Source: a virus
Length of the DNA stretch: 37,506 nt
IMG/VR virus record: IMGVR_UViG_3300038701_001420
Location: 1 to 37,506 of that record
Reading direction: 5' to 3' (one strand)
Below are positions 8,020 through 18,481 of this stretch, piece after piece. Numbering within the stretch: position 1 is the stretch's first letter; each line of letters begins with the position of its first letter. Below the pieces are notes generated by a model. The model worked only from the letters and a program-made list of their open reading frames with translations, had not been told where the DNA came from and ran no database searches. The position numbers and the translations under genes were made by a program.

Positions 8020-8039
8020 GCTTAGCCATAGCCCAGTTC

Positions 8040-8267
8040 ATGAACTTTTATAAGGGGGCATTTTCTCATAAGGAGATAATGCAGATGCCTTGGTTTCAAT
8101 TTCAAATGTACCAAGATTACATGTTTTACCTTGAGAGATGGAAGACGGAAGACGGAGCAAAGCAGAATAAAATGCTTAATCGTCAAGATGCTATAAGGTA
8201 TAATAAGAGGGACGGCATGGAGACTTCTATGAAAATGTTCAAACAACAAATCACAAAACTAGCCTAA
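8040..8267 (+). CDS. Tail assembly chaperone -1 frame extension (GT-like fusion product 7603..7959 joined to 7959..8267)
   Basis: This frame has no stop between 7920 and 8267 and overlaps the end of 7603..8019. Matches the conserved arrangement upstream of tape measure genes. Confidence 0.65.
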   Translation: MNFYKGAFSHKEIMQMPWFQFQMYQDYMFYLERWKTEDGAKQNKMLNRQDAIRYNKRDGMETSMKMFKQQITKLA

Positions 8268-8334
8268 GAGGCTTATAGAAAAAGAATAATAACAACAATA
8301 ATAATCAAAATTTTTTGTTATTTTCTTTTTCTAT

Positions 8335-11300
8335 ATGACGGACGTTGGCTCCCTCAAATATAACCTTGAAGTAAACGATCAAGGTTCGGCGAAAACTCTC
8401 AAAGACACCAGCAAAGCTGTTGATGATCTGAAGCAGAATTTTGATTCTGCCGATAAAAAGGGAGCAGGCTTTAACAAGTCCATGCTTAGCATGAATGACC
8501 AAGCTTTAGGCTTGAGTAAATCCGTTGCGAAGCTCGCCGGTGGCATAGTGGCTGCCGGTGCGGCTTTGGGTGGGGTGGCCCTAAAGCAGGCTGTTGACTT
8601 CCAGTCAAACATGTCTGATGTGAATACTCTACTTGGGCAAAGCCAACAGGAAATAGCAGCATTCGGAAATCAGGTTTTAGAGCTAAGCAAAAATGTTCCT
8701 GTTGATGGTTCTGTTCTGTCAGAATCGCTTTATGGAATTGTCTCTGCTGGTATATCCGACACATCACAGGCAATGAATGTGCTTGAACAATCTGCCAAAC
8801 TTGGAGTTGCTGGGCTGGGTAGTACCGCCTCAGCTTCCGATCTTTTGACATCTTCTTTAAACGCATTCCAAATTGACGCGAACCGAGCGGGTCAAGTTTC
8901 AAACATCCTGTTTGAAACAGTAAAAAATGGTAAGACTACCATCGATGAACTGGCTCAAAGTTTCGGACAAGTTGCCCCCATTGCAAATGCTGCCGGGGTG
9001 AGTTTCGAAGAATTACAGGCTGCCACTGCTGCCTTGACTACTTCCGGGCTTCCAGCATCCGTTGCACAAAATCAATTAAAAGCTGCCTTCATCGAATTAA
9101 ATAAAGAAGGCACAAAATTAGATAAAGCATTTGAAGGTATAGGAATTAGCAATGTAAAAGCTGCTGTTGAAACTGATGGTTTTGTTGGAACGTTGGAAAA
9201 ACTAAAATTGGAAAGTAATTTAAGCGAGGTTGAACTTCAGAATCTATTTGGTTCTGCTGAGGCGGGGGGTGCTGCTATTGCCTTGTTGGGTTCTCAGAAT
9301 GAAGCATTCGTTGGAACGATGGAAGATTTGACCGATGGAATAAGTTCAGTTGATGAAGCTTTTGAAACACAGCAAAAAACATTAAAGAATCAAGCGCAAA
9401 TCCTAAAGAATGAATTCAATGCTGTTTTAATTCAGGCTGGGAATGAGGCGTTGCCCGGGCTTTCTGATGCTGTTGGTAGTTTGAATAATGTGCTTTCTGA
9501 AAACTCAGAAGAAATTGCCAATGTGCTTTCTGGATTAGCTAGTTTTGCTGCTGGCTTAATTGGGCCAGTGATTGAAGGGGTGATTAAATTAGCCACATTC
9601 CTATCTGAAAATAAGTTGCTTTTAGCAGGGGTAGCCGGTGCAATAACTGGCTTGATGGTTCCTGCTCTTTGGAGTATGGCAGGAGCAGCAGCCCTAGCCC
9701 TTCTTCCACTCCTCCCTTATGCTGCTGCTTTTGCTGCAATCGCTGTGGGCGCCACCTTGCTATTTAAAAATTTGGATAAGGTGGCAGGCTTTTTGGAAAG
9801 CACTTTTCCAAATGCCTTTGCTCTCGCTGAAGGTGCAGTGAATTTATTCAAAGCTGGAATAGAGGCAGTTCAAGAGTCCATGAAAACAAGCATGGAAAAG
9901 ATCGAAGAAAATTCATTGGTGGCCAGTAATGAAACGGTGGCTAATATCGTTGACATGTCACAAGAGACTTCTAAGGCAATGCTTGAAATGAAATTGACAG
10001 GAGAGGGGCTTTCATCTGAAATGAGGGAAACAGTAGTGAACAATGCACTTGAAATGAGAAACCAAGTTGTAAATGCTATTGATGAGTTCGCACAAGCTCA
10101 GGTTCAAGGGCTAGAGCAATTAAAAGAATTTGGAATTTTAACTTCTGAAGTTTTTGATGAGGCAAGTGCAAAGACTTTGGAATTTGCTGAAAATGAAAAA
10201 ATTGCTGCTGAGGAGAGAGTCGAAAGAATCAAAGAAATATCAGAAATTTTAAATCAAGAGAATCAAGACACAATAGAAAACAAACAGGAATTAATGGCTG
10301 AGCTTGATCAATTAAACCAAGAGCAAACAAATGCAGCATTGCTTTCTACGAATGAACAGGTAACTGAGATTTTAGCATTGCAAGAATTGCTTAAGGTGGA
10401 GTCTGGAAACATTGCAGCAGAACAAGGCGCTCAAATAGCTCAAGAGGCTGTGGCTGCAAAAGATGAAGCTGTGGCTGCTGCCGATGAGCAATATAAAGAA
10501 ACCGTTGCCCTATTAACCGTTCAAAGAGACCAAGTAGGATCAATAAACCAAGAGCAATTTGATGAAGCCATCAGACTAGCGCAAGAGCAAAGAGACGGAT
10601 TAATAGAAGAAGCTGAGGCATCTGCTGAGGGTGTCGTCGCTCAAGTTGAGGCAATGGCCGAAGAGCAGGGCTTAGTTTTTGATAGAAGTACAAATGAAAT
10701 CTTAACTGGATGGCAGCAATTTTGGCATGACATGTGGCAATCTATAAAGGATTTCTTCACTGTTACAATCCCTTCAGTTGCTCGTGGAGCTGCTGACATA
10801 GCTGTCAATTTTTGGAATGGAGTGAAAGCATTGCCGGGAAGAATGCTTGCTTGGGCTGGAAATGTTATGAGCAATATTATAAACGGAATAAGAAGTTTCT
10901 TTGGTAAGCTTGCTAGCACTGCTCAGGAGGTGGGGACTAAAATAGTTAATTCGGTTAAGGACATACCAAGTAGAATGCTTGGCTTTGGTAAGGACATAGT
11001 CAATGGCCTAGTCAATGGAATCAAAAGTAAAATTCAATCCGCTGTTAATGCTATGAATGAATTTGGTCAAAGGTTGCTTAATGGTTTTAAAGGGTTGTTT
11101 GGAATAGCTTCACCTTCCAAGGTGTTTAAAGAGTTTGGTGAAAATACAGCAGAAGGATTCTTGCTCGGAATCGACGATGGTGGCCCAGAGGCTCTTGATG
11201 CCATGAACCGATTCGCAGAAGGTTTGATTGGAGAAGCAGAAGAAGTTGAAGAAAGTTTGAATTTCGCCAAAGCTTTTGAAGAGCTTGGAAAAATTGTTGA

Positions 11301-12351
11301 TGATGCTTATGATGAGGCTGAAGATGCTGTTCTGGATTTCGTAAAAGAAAATCAAAAATCTCAAGAAGAGATCAGAAAAGAAATTGCCAAAACTGAGTCT
11401 GACATCAACAAACTTACCAGCTCATTTGAGAAGGCAAGCGAAGCTGCAAAGAATCAATTTGAAGGCAAGGCTACCGATATTGTTTTAGGAGCTGAGGAAG
11501 GCAGTACTAAGCTTCAAGAAGAAATAAATCAAAAAGAAAAAGAAGCTCTTGAGATTAAACAAAGAATCAGGCAGGCAACTTCTGAAGGCGCTGAGGCTAC
11601 TCGCGAATTAGAAAAGGCACAACAAGATCAAATCAAGAACCAAGAGAAGCTTCTCGAATTACAAGCAAAGCTCGCTGAGCAGCAAGCCATTCTCACAACT
11701 GCTGAAGAAAGCGGAATACTTACCGCAGAGCAATTAGAAGAAGCAAGGCGAGTGGCCTCTCTCAATCCACTTGAGGCTTTGATTGAGCAATATGAAGCTG
11801 AGAAGACAGCAAGAGAAGAAGCTTACAATGATGAGTTGACTCAGCTTGAAGAACGCAAGGTTGCCCTTGAAGATAGCTTGGCAGCAAGGCAAGAAGAGTA
11901 TGAAAATTTCATTCTTACTCTGTCAGATGAAGATGCTCGATTCACTCAGTCGGTCACCAATGAATTGAAAAAGAGGGAGAAGGCAACCACTGAAAGTGTG
12001 AACAGATTGATCCAGCTTTACAATAGATTGGCTGCTGCTAAACGTGCTGCTGGCAGAAAAGAAGGGGGGCTGGCTGAAGGTTCTGATGTTCAATTTGCAG
12101 AGGGTGGAAGAACTCCGATGGGCCATGATGATGATGTTGTTGGTGATGTGCATGCCAATGAGTATGTTGTACCTGCTTGGATGACTCGGGGCATGCCGAA
12201 CGTAATTAAAAGTCTTGAAGCTGTTCGTACAAAACAAGCACCTATGGGTGACACTATTTTCAATAATCAGAAAGAGGTTACTGTTCATCAAGTCGTCAAT
12301 AATGATGTCGATGCTGTGGCCGCATTTTATCGCTTAAAATGGATGATGTAG
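8335..12351 (+). CDS. Tape measure protein
   Basis: Largest ORF (1338 aa). Central hydrophobic segments (LLLAGVAGAITGLMVPALWSMAGAAALALLPLLPYAAAFAAIAVGATLLF) and long E/Q/A-rich coiled-coil regions. Follows the chaperone pair. Confidence 0.9.
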   Translation: MTDVGSLKYNLEVNDQGSAKTLKDTSKAVDDLKQNFDSADKKGAGFNKSMLSMNDQALGLSKSVAKLAGGIVAAGAALGGVALKQAVDFQSNMSDVNTLLGQSQQEIAAFGNQVLELSKNVPVDGSVLSESLYGIVSAGISDTSQAMNVLEQSAKLGVAGLGSTASASDLLTSSLNAFQIDANRAGQVSNILFETVKNGKTTIDELAQSFGQVAPIANAAGVSFEELQAATAALTTSGLPASVAQNQLKAAFIELNKEGTKLDKAFEGIGISNVKAAVETDGFVGTLEKLKLESNLSEVELQNLFGSAEAGGAAIALLGSQNEAFVGTMEDLTDGISSVDEAFETQQKTLKNQAQILKNEFNAVLIQAGNEALPGLSDAVGSLNNVLSENSEEIANVLSGLASFAAGLIGPVIEGVIKLATFLSENKLLLAGVAGAITGLMVPALWSMAGAAALALLPLLPYAAAFAAIAVGATLLFKNLDKVAGFLESTFPNAFALAEGAVNLFKAGIEAVQESMKTSMEKIEENSLVASNETVANIVDMSQETSKAMLEMKLTGEGLSSEMRETVVNNALEMRNQVVNAIDEFAQAQVQGLEQLKEFGILTSEVFDEASAKTLEFAENEKIAAEERVERIKEISEILNQENQDTIENKQELMAELDQLNQEQTNAALLSTNEQVTEILALQELLKVESGNIAAEQGAQIAQEAVAAKDEAVAAADEQYKETVALLTVQRDQVGSINQEQFDEAIRLAQEQRDGLIEEAEASAEGVVAQVEAMAEEQGLVFDRSTNEILTGWQQFWHDMWQSIKDFFTVTIPSVARGAADIAVNFWNGVKALPGRMLAWAGNVMSNIINGIRSFFGKLASTAQEVGTKIVNSVKDIPSRMLGFGKDIVNGLVNGIKSKIQSAVNAMNEFGQRLLNGFKGLFGIASPSKVFKEFGENTAEGFLLGIDDGGPEALDAMNRFAEGLIGEAEEVEESLNFAKAFEELGKIVDDAYDEAEDAVLDFVKENQKSQEEIRKEIAKTESDINKLTSSFEKASEAAKNQFEGKATDIVLGAEEGSTKLQEEINQKEKEALEIKQRIRQATSEGAEATRELEKAQQDQIKNQEKLLELQAKLAEQQAILTTAEESGILTAEQLEEARRVASLNPLEALIEQYEAEKTAREEAYNDELTQLEERKVALEDSLAARQEEYENFILTLSDEDARFTQSVTNELKKREKATTESVNRLIQLYNRLAAAKRAAGRKEGGLAEGSDVQFAEGGRTPMGHDDDVVGDVHANEYVVPAWMTRGMPNVIKSLEAVRTKQAPMGDTIFNNQKEVTVHQVVNNDVDAVAAFYRLKWMM

Positions 12352-13239
12352 ATGCTAGGATTAAATTTTACATATCGGGGGCAAAGTTTTTCAGACAATG
12401 AATTTGATCGACCAAATGGTCAGGGTATTGCTATACAAGCTTGCCGGTGGGCCAATGTCGCTACGTCTGACGATCAAAAGAATCGTCAGGGTACTCATGG
12501 TATAGAGGTGAGTCCAACGTTCATGAGGGGGCGAGTAATTGATATTCAGGGTTTGATTTGTGCAAACAGCAGACCAGAAAGAGAAGCTTTGAGACAGATT
12601 ATTGTGAACACCTTTGCACCTGAAGCTTTTCCGGGGCCAGATAATAGAGGCTTTTACGATTTCGAATTTGAAGGCGATGATGGGAATGACTATGTGATCC
12701 GGGCAAAGATTCTAAATATGCCTACCTATGACACCACTCTTGGTGACTTCACTGAAACCAGATGGCAAGCTCAATTAATTTCAGAAGAATCTTATTATGA
12801 AAGTAAAATTCAAAATCAGCAAGTTCATGAAGAAGGTTTTTATGGAGGTATTTCTTTCCCAACAAAATTTCCTGTAGCCTTTGATACCTATGGCTATGTT
12901 GCGAACGTAATGAATGGTGGTAACTGGCCAGCGCCATTAAAAACAACCATCACTGCCAATGAAGCCACTGGCCCCAATATGAGAGTGGTGAATACTGCTA
13001 CAGATTCTTATGTTGGAATCACAACAGAAATGGCTCAAGGGGATGTTCTTATCATTGACACCAAAAACAATTTGATCACTCTTAATGGTGAGAATGTAAG
13101 CGGGTCAAGAATCACTGGTTCCATTTATCAGTATGTCCAAGCTGGCAATAATCAGTTCATTGTTCGTGATGATCTTCAGCGTGTCGGTGATGGCCTTGCT
13201 GTTGATGTTTTGTTTGAATGGCCTGACACCTTTATCTAA
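12352..13239 (+). CDS. Putative distal tail protein (Dit-like)
   Basis: 295 aa, starting at the TAGATG junction with the tape measure stop. Call rests on synteny. Confidence 0.55.
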   Translation: MLGLNFTYRGQSFSDNEFDRPNGQGIAIQACRWANVATSDDQKNRQGTHGIEVSPTFMRGRVIDIQGLICANSRPEREALRQIIVNTFAPEAFPGPDNRGFYDFEFEGDDGNDYVIRAKILNMPTYDTTLGDFTETRWQAQLISEESYYESKIQNQQVHEEGFYGGISFPTKFPVAFDTYGYVANVMNGGNWPAPLKTTITANEATGPNMRVVNTATDSYVGITTEMAQGDVLIIDTKNNLITLNGENVSGSRITGSIYQYVQAGNNQFIVRDDLQRVGDGLAVDVLFEWPDTFI

Positions 13240-13244
13240 AAAAT

Positions 13245-14345
13245 ATGTTTCAATATGTTGTAAAAATCAGCGATAAGAGTGATAGTGTCTTAGCTCAAAT
13301 AATCAATCCAAGAGATTTGACCTATTCAAAAACGATCAATAAAAGATGGACTGCTTCATTCTTTATTCGTTACGATGACCCGGATGCAACCAAGGCGAAT
13401 CTTCAGGAGTTCAATCGTGTGGATATTTACGAGCAAATTGACAATGTGGAATACAAAGTTTTTGAGGGGGTGATTCGTGGATATGACGCAACCTTTGAAG
13501 GGGTTGAAGTAATGATGGGTGACTTTGGTTATCTGTTTGAAAATCGTATTCTGTTTGATGCAGATTACACAGCAGTGAATGAGCCAGTGAATACAACCCT
13601 TTCTAACATTCTTTCAGATTTGAATGCGAAGGATGACATGGGTATTACGCTAGATTTAGAAGATGTTCTCACCGACAATGTAGACAAAGAATATAAGAGA
13701 GGGGAAAACTTTATGAAGATTTTGAAAGACCTATCTGTTGATGTGAATGGCGAGTGGCAGGTAAAAAACAGAAAGCTTCAATTCAAAGAAAGTATTGGTA
13801 TTGATCGAACGACACCACAAACAGAAGAGTACCTTGATTTCAGATATGACATAGACAACCCCACTGAAAATTCAATTCTGAAAGCTATAGTCACAACTGA
13901 TTCAAAGGACTTGGCTAATGCACTTCTTGGTAAAAGTAGTAGTAATTTTGCCACTGCTACAGACGCAGGCAGTATTGCTACGCGAGGCAGAATAGAAAAA
14001 GTGAAATCATTTGACACCACTGCTGCTGCTGGCCTGTCTGGACATACTACAAATTATTTAGAACTCCACAAAGAAAGTGTTCAATTCCACAAGATCACAC
14101 CGAACACAACCAGATTAACCTTCAAGGACATCGACATCGGTGATATTGTCCCGATTTATATAAACACAGGCTCCGATCTTCTCGCAGTTGATGAAAATTT
14201 CAAGGTGGTAAAAATCAGTAATAAAACCACTGACAACAGCCTTGAATTAAACATTGAATTTTCTAAGACAGCGGTCGAAGAAAAGAATGTGGTTGATGAT
14301 ATTGTCGATCTAAAGGAGCGTGTAAACCAGCTAGAGATTAGCTAA
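13245..14345 (+). CDS. Putative baseplate hub / tail-associated protein (Tal-like)
   Basis: 366 aa, second gene after the tape measure. Confidence 0.45.
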   Translation: MFQYVVKISDKSDSVLAQIINPRDLTYSKTINKRWTASFFIRYDDPDATKANLQEFNRVDIYEQIDNVEYKVFEGVIRGYDATFEGVEVMMGDFGYLFENRILFDADYTAVNEPVNTTLSNILSDLNAKDDMGITLDLEDVLTDNVDKEYKRGENFMKILKDLSVDVNGEWQVKNRKLQFKESIGIDRTTPQTEEYLDFRYDIDNPTENSILKAIVTTDSKDLANALLGKSSSNFATATDAGSIATRGRIEKVKSFDTTAAAGLSGHTTNYLELHKESVQFHKITPNTTRLTFKDIDIGDIVPIYINTGSDLLAVDENFKVVKISNKTTDNSLELNIEFSKTAVEEKNVVDDIVDLKERVNQLEIS

Positions 14346-14360
14346 CATTTTTTATTTCAT

Positions 14361-14369
14361 GTATAATTA
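14361..14369 (+). promoter_or_regulatory. GTATAATTA promoter element (TGTATAAT), 9 nt before ATG 14377
   Basis: Exact 9-mer copy preceded by TG, in the 31-nt intergenic gap. Confidence 0.4.
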
Positions 14370-14376
14370 AAGCACT

Positions 14377-16689
14377 ATGGCTAAAAGAATCTGCTTACTC
14401 AACGGGGAAAATAAAGTTCAAGACTATGATGTAAATCAATGGTTTTCTGAATCCCTCACTCCGGGAATTTTAGCACCCGGTCATTTTGCAGTTACCCCAC
14501 AAGGCCCAGAAGATGACACTGTGAATGTGGCTGCTGGTATCTGTCTGATTGAAGTTGAAAGAACTGCTGACACAAAGACCTTTAAAATGTTTGCTGAAAG
14601 CAATGCAACTGAGGTTGTGACTGTTACCGGAGCCGGTGGAAACATCGGGGCCATCATAGCAGCCGTACCAAAGGCAAATGTTCAGGATGGCAACCCCAAC
14701 CCTCAAGATGGAACTGGTGTTTTTGACATCGTTTATGTGGAGGGCGTAGGCGTTTCTCCTTTAACTGATGGTCAAATCGATTCACAAACAAGTGACAATT
14801 ATTTTTGGGTAAGGTTGGCCGACATCACTCAGGACGCAACGGTGGCTGCTGGTGATATTGATTTTCAAGGTGAACTTCCAGACATTAATAACGTAAAAAA
14901 TCTTGATGCTGTTTCTATCACTACAGACACGATCACAGAAAAAACAGCCGACGCCGGTGTCACCATAGACACATGGCTATTGAAAGATGGTGTTGTCGTT
15001 GCCGAAGAAATCACAACTCCTTCCACACCAGCTTCGAACAATTGGGGATTCTATTTTAAAACTGATGGGCCATACGTTATTGATGACAATGGCGTTGAAT
15101 ACAAGCTTGCTTCTGGTGCAATCGTGCCAACAGTCACAGCACCACTAGGTGAAGCTGTTGCTGCTGGTGATCCGCTTCGAATGTGGATTGATGGAAAGGC
15201 CTATAAAACTTCGGACGCAAAAGACTTAGAAATTGATAGTTATGGAACTTCAGCTTTGAATATCAGCTTTGATGCTGATAGCAGCAAGTCATGGAATAAA
15301 ATTGCCTCTCATAGACTTGACACTGACAAGTGGCTTTTCACTTGGTCATGGTATGACACTGTAGCTGCCAATTGGTATATTCAAGCTAAGGTTGGAACAG
15401 TCGCTAATGGCAGATGGACATTTGGATCAAACGTTACGGTCGATGTTGAAAACTCAATTAGCTCAATGCAATACGATCCGAAGCGTGGTGTGGCAATAAT
15501 TTCTTCTGGAATAGCTTATTTCACCTGGATAATTAATGATGCGCCAACTGATTATGTGAAATCAAGGCGAGTTACCATTTCAGGAACGACCATCACACTT
15601 GGAACTGAAAATGATGTTGACACTGGTACAACTGGATATAATCGGTCTGTGGCCTGCCCAGTTCAAAAATCTGGTACAGACCATATTGTTGTAGCTTATC
15701 AAGGGTCATCAACCAGTAATCAATTAAAAGCCAGGTGTGTACAAAACACATCTGAAAGTGGTGAGTATACGATTGAAACAAATGGTTCAGGCTACTTTGA
15801 TCTAGCCTACAATGACGAACAGCAAGTGATTGCAATTTATGAAAATAGCGCTGCCAATGATCTTGATGCTAGAATCTTGACCCAGACAGTAAACACCACC
15901 ACCCTAACTTTAGAAACTGAGGCTGGAAGTTTGATTACAGGAACGATTGATTACATGCAGATTGAGCAGAATGATGTCGATGACCATCTGATCCTTTATT
16001 CGGATGATGGAGACAACACTTTAAATGTTTGTGCTTTGACAGTGGACGGTGTCACTCCTTCTGTTGGAACACCCGCCATTGTGGCGCAGGGTGTTGAAAC
16101 TTCCACTGAAATGACTTCTAAAAAATCAGGATACAGAGGAAGGCTTACAAAATTTGATAACGATGTTTGGGGCATAGTCCTTGAAGCAATCAATGATCCT
16201 ACTGCTGAGCTTTATTGGGCAGGTGAATATTATGATGCCAATACTGATTTACAAAGTGGGGGGCAGGTATTTATGCAATTTGCTTTTGTTGATTACTCTG
16301 GCGCTGATCCCATCCCTCATGTTCAAACTCCAATTGTGCTTGGGTATGTTGATGGCACTGATGTTTTGTATGAAGACAGTGAAGAAAAGACCCCTTATAT
16401 CCTGACTGCTGACCCTGTCAAAAGAAGGAATAGTAATTTTTATGTGACTCAATATAAAATTGACATCAATAATTTTATCGGTTGGGCAGATGAAGCCGGG
16501 GTATTGGATGATGAGATTACCATCAACCCTTTGAAAGACGACAATCAAACAGGACTTGAGCCGGGTCGAGTGTATTCACTTGGGCCAAATGGTACGATGG
16601 AAATCCAAGGCTCAGGTAAACCAGTGGGGCAAGCAATAAATGCGACCACATTAATGAGAATATTCAATTCATCCTCTAACTACTTCTAA
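14377..16689 (+). CDS. Putative tail fibre / receptor-binding protein
   Basis: 770 aa, last large structural ORF before the lysis genes. Confidence 0.5.
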   Translation: MAKRICLLNGENKVQDYDVNQWFSESLTPGILAPGHFAVTPQGPEDDTVNVAAGICLIEVERTADTKTFKMFAESNATEVVTVTGAGGNIGAIIAAVPKANVQDGNPNPQDGTGVFDIVYVEGVGVSPLTDGQIDSQTSDNYFWVRLADITQDATVAAGDIDFQGELPDINNVKNLDAVSITTDTITEKTADAGVTIDTWLLKDGVVVAEEITTPSTPASNNWGFYFKTDGPYVIDDNGVEYKLASGAIVPTVTAPLGEAVAAGDPLRMWIDGKAYKTSDAKDLEIDSYGTSALNISFDADSSKSWNKIASHRLDTDKWLFTWSWYDTVAANWYIQAKVGTVANGRWTFGSNVTVDVENSISSMQYDPKRGVAIISSGIAYFTWIINDAPTDYVKSRRVTISGTTITLGTENDVDTGTTGYNRSVACPVQKSGTDHIVVAYQGSSTSNQLKARCVQNTSESGEYTIETNGSGYFDLAYNDEQQVIAIYENSAANDLDARILTQTVNTTTLTLETEAGSLITGTIDYMQIEQNDVDDHLILYSDDGDNTLNVCALTVDGVTPSVGTPAIVAQGVETSTEMTSKKSGYRGRLTKFDNDVWGIVLEAINDPTAELYWAGEYYDANTDLQSGGQVFMQFAFVDYSGADPIPHVQTPIVLGYVDGTDVLYEDSEEKTPYILTADPVKRRNSNFYVTQYKIDINNFIGWADEAGVLDDEITINPLKDDNQTGLEPGRVYSLGPNGTMEIQGSGKPVGQAINATTLMRIFNSSSNYF

Positions 16690-16690
16690 C

Positions 16691-17374
16691 ATGGAATTAC
16701 TTTTTCCGATTAAAGGCGCTCCGTCAATCAGTCAAAAGTTTGGCAATAAATTTGAATTATATAGTGACTGGCATCATGGCGTTGATTTTAGAACTTGGCA
16801 ATATAAAAACGCTGAGGACAAAAAGGTTTTGGCTGCTCTTGAAGGCAAGGTGATCAAGGTCGATAAAACTTCGACTGGTAACACTTACTACAAAACAGGA
16901 AAGCAAGGCTCAAGCTATGGTGTGCATTGTGTGATTGAATTTGAAGAGGGCGGTGCAAAATATTACACGCTCTATGGCCACATGGCTGAGTGCTTTGTTT
17001 CTGTTGGTGACACGGTGAAGGTTGGGCAAGAGCTAGGTATTGCTGGTAATTCAGGACTATCAACTCGCGATCATTTGCATTTCGAAATTAGAAAAGGTTC
17101 CAACCTTAGATCAAAAGCAATCAATCCAACAGCCTTCTTCACGCATGATGTGCCTGACGATATTCCTGAATGGGGACGTGAAGCTTGGGAGTGGAACATT
17201 CAGCATGAGATTATGACAGCTCAATCATCCTTTGAAAAAGATGGTAGAACTGCCGTCTTCTTATTTAGACTTGCTAAAAAAATCATGGGCTGGGTGAATG
17301 CTTTGTTGAAAGAATACAAGCAACAAACTCTTGCTGAAGTTGCTGAGATGCTAGAAACTAAATCTAAAAAATAA
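16691..17374 (+). CDS. Peptidase M23 (LytM-type) endolysin
   Basis: HxxxD motif (WHHGVDF) and HxH motif (DHLHFEI). Sits at the start of the lysis cassette. Confidence 0.8.
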   Translation: MELLFPIKGAPSISQKFGNKFELYSDWHHGVDFRTWQYKNAEDKKVLAALEGKVIKVDKTSTGNTYYKTGKQGSSYGVHCVIEFEEGGAKYYTLYGHMAECFVSVGDTVKVGQELGIAGNSGLSTRDHLHFEIRKGSNLRSKAINPTAFFTHDVPDDIPEWGREAWEWNIQHEIMTAQSSFEKDGRTAVFLFRLAKKIMGWVNALLKEYKQQTLAEVAEMLETKSKK

Positions 17375-17649
17375 TGAATCCCATGACTCTTGACTTAGGC
17401 CAAATACTTTCACAGGTTCCTATCGCTGGGGCGATGATTTGGTTTGCTTTTCACATTACCAAAGAATCACAAAAAGAAAGACAAGAACATTACAAATCTA
17501 GCGAGGAGGAAAGGAAGGATTGGGCAAACGAACGAAAACAAATCTATGAAAAGATCATGACTAACATCATGCAACAAAATAAATACATCGAAAAAAATAC
17601 AGAAACATTGCAAAGCCTTGTCCAAAAAAAGTGCGACATTAAAAGATAA
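17374..17649 (+). CDS. Single-pass membrane protein of the lysis cassette (holin/antiholin or spanin-like)
   Basis: One N-terminal TM segment (ILSQVPIAGAMIWFAFHI) followed by a charged helical tail. TAATG-coupled to the endolysin. Confidence 0.45.
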   Translation: MNPMTLDLGQILSQVPIAGAMIWFAFHITKESQKERQEHYKSSEEERKDWANERKQIYEKIMTNIMQQNKYIEKNTETLQSLVQKKCDIKR

Positions 17650-17660
17650 CTCACAATAAA

Positions 17661-17954
17661 ATGGAATTAGATGTTAACCTAAATGCAGCTCTCGTGACTA
17701 TGATCAGTTTGACTATGGGGGTAACACAAGTTTATAAAATGCTTCTGCCTTCTGTCAATACAGACAATATTTTCGTTCGAGCTTTAAAAAAATCAGTGCC
17801 ATTATTTGCACTAATCTTCGGAGCTGCCCTTAGTTTCATGTATGATGGGGGCTTTTCCTATCAAGCATTAGAATCTGGGCTAGTGGTAGGCCTGAGTGCT
17901 GCCGGAGTTTACTCGGGGGGTAAAACCATTCTAAAGAAAAAAGAAACTGTCTAA
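17661..17954 (+). CDS. Putative holin (three TM segments, basic C-terminus)
   Basis: AALVTMISLTMGVTQVY, SVPLFALIFGAALSFMY and GLVVGLSAAGVYSGG, then KTILKKKETV. Confidence 0.55.
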   Translation: MELDVNLNAALVTMISLTMGVTQVYKMLLPSVNTDNIFVRALKKSVPLFALIFGAALSFMYDGGFSYQALESGLVVGLSAAGVYSGGKTILKKKETV

Positions 17955-18106
17955 GCTCATTTATTTGATCCTTTTTTTATTAGCGGCTTCCTATCTTCTA
18001 GCAAGACTTGTCGAATCAGAAATTTTCTGATATTTTTTAAGTATCCGGCAAGCTATAAAAATGTCAGGGCAATCTAACTTTGAGCTGACTCACTAGCTAG
18101 AGAAAC

Positions 18107-18150
18107 AAAAAAAAAGCGCACCCATACCACTGAAGGCTGGCTGGGCTTTT
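18107..18150. terminator. Candidate bidirectional terminator between the convergent blocks
   Basis: A9 run, an interrupted CCCA-CCA / TGG-TGGG stem, then T5. On the minus strand the hairpin is followed by U9. The stem is imperfect. Confidence 0.35.
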
Positions 18151-18156
18151 TGAGTT

Positions 18157-18270
18157 TTAAAAAACCACGCCAAACAAATCGACAAAATTATAGAGCATGT
18201 ATTTTAAAACCCCAAAGAAAATTAAGTAGGCTGCCACAAATGACACCAACAATAATATGGTTTTTTTCAA
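18157..18270 (-). CDS. Possible 37-aa hydrophobic peptide (TTG start)
   Basis: Hand translation gives (M)KKTILLLVSFVAAYLIFFGVLKYMLYNFVDLFGVVF, ending just before the terminator. Below the ORF-track length cutoff and has a non-ATG start. Confidence 0.25.
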   Translation of the reverse strand: MKKTILLLVSFVAAYLIFFGVLKYMLYNFVDLFGVVF

Positions 18271-18272
18271 AT

Positions 18273-18458
18273 TCATTTTAAGTTTTTAATGGCTAGTGTT
18301 AAAGCTGACAAAAAAAATATAAGTGTGATTGCTGTCGATACATTCACCGCAAAATCATTGCCCCCTGTACATTGATCCATATAGCTATCAAAGAATATGA
18401 TGTAGAAAAATAATATTCCGAAGCTGCCTAAAACTAGATGGGAGAGGTTCTTCTTCAT
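18273..18458 (-). CDS. Small membrane protein (two TM segments)
   Basis: 61 aa, ATG start, hydrophobic stretches LVLGSFGILFFYIIFF and ITLIFFLSALTLAI. Confidence 0.55.
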   Translation of the reverse strand: MKKNLSHLVLGSFGILFFYIIFFDSYMDQCTGGNDFAVNVSTAITLIFFLSALTLAIKNLK

Positions 18459-18481
18459 TCAGGTATACTTAAATAAAAAAA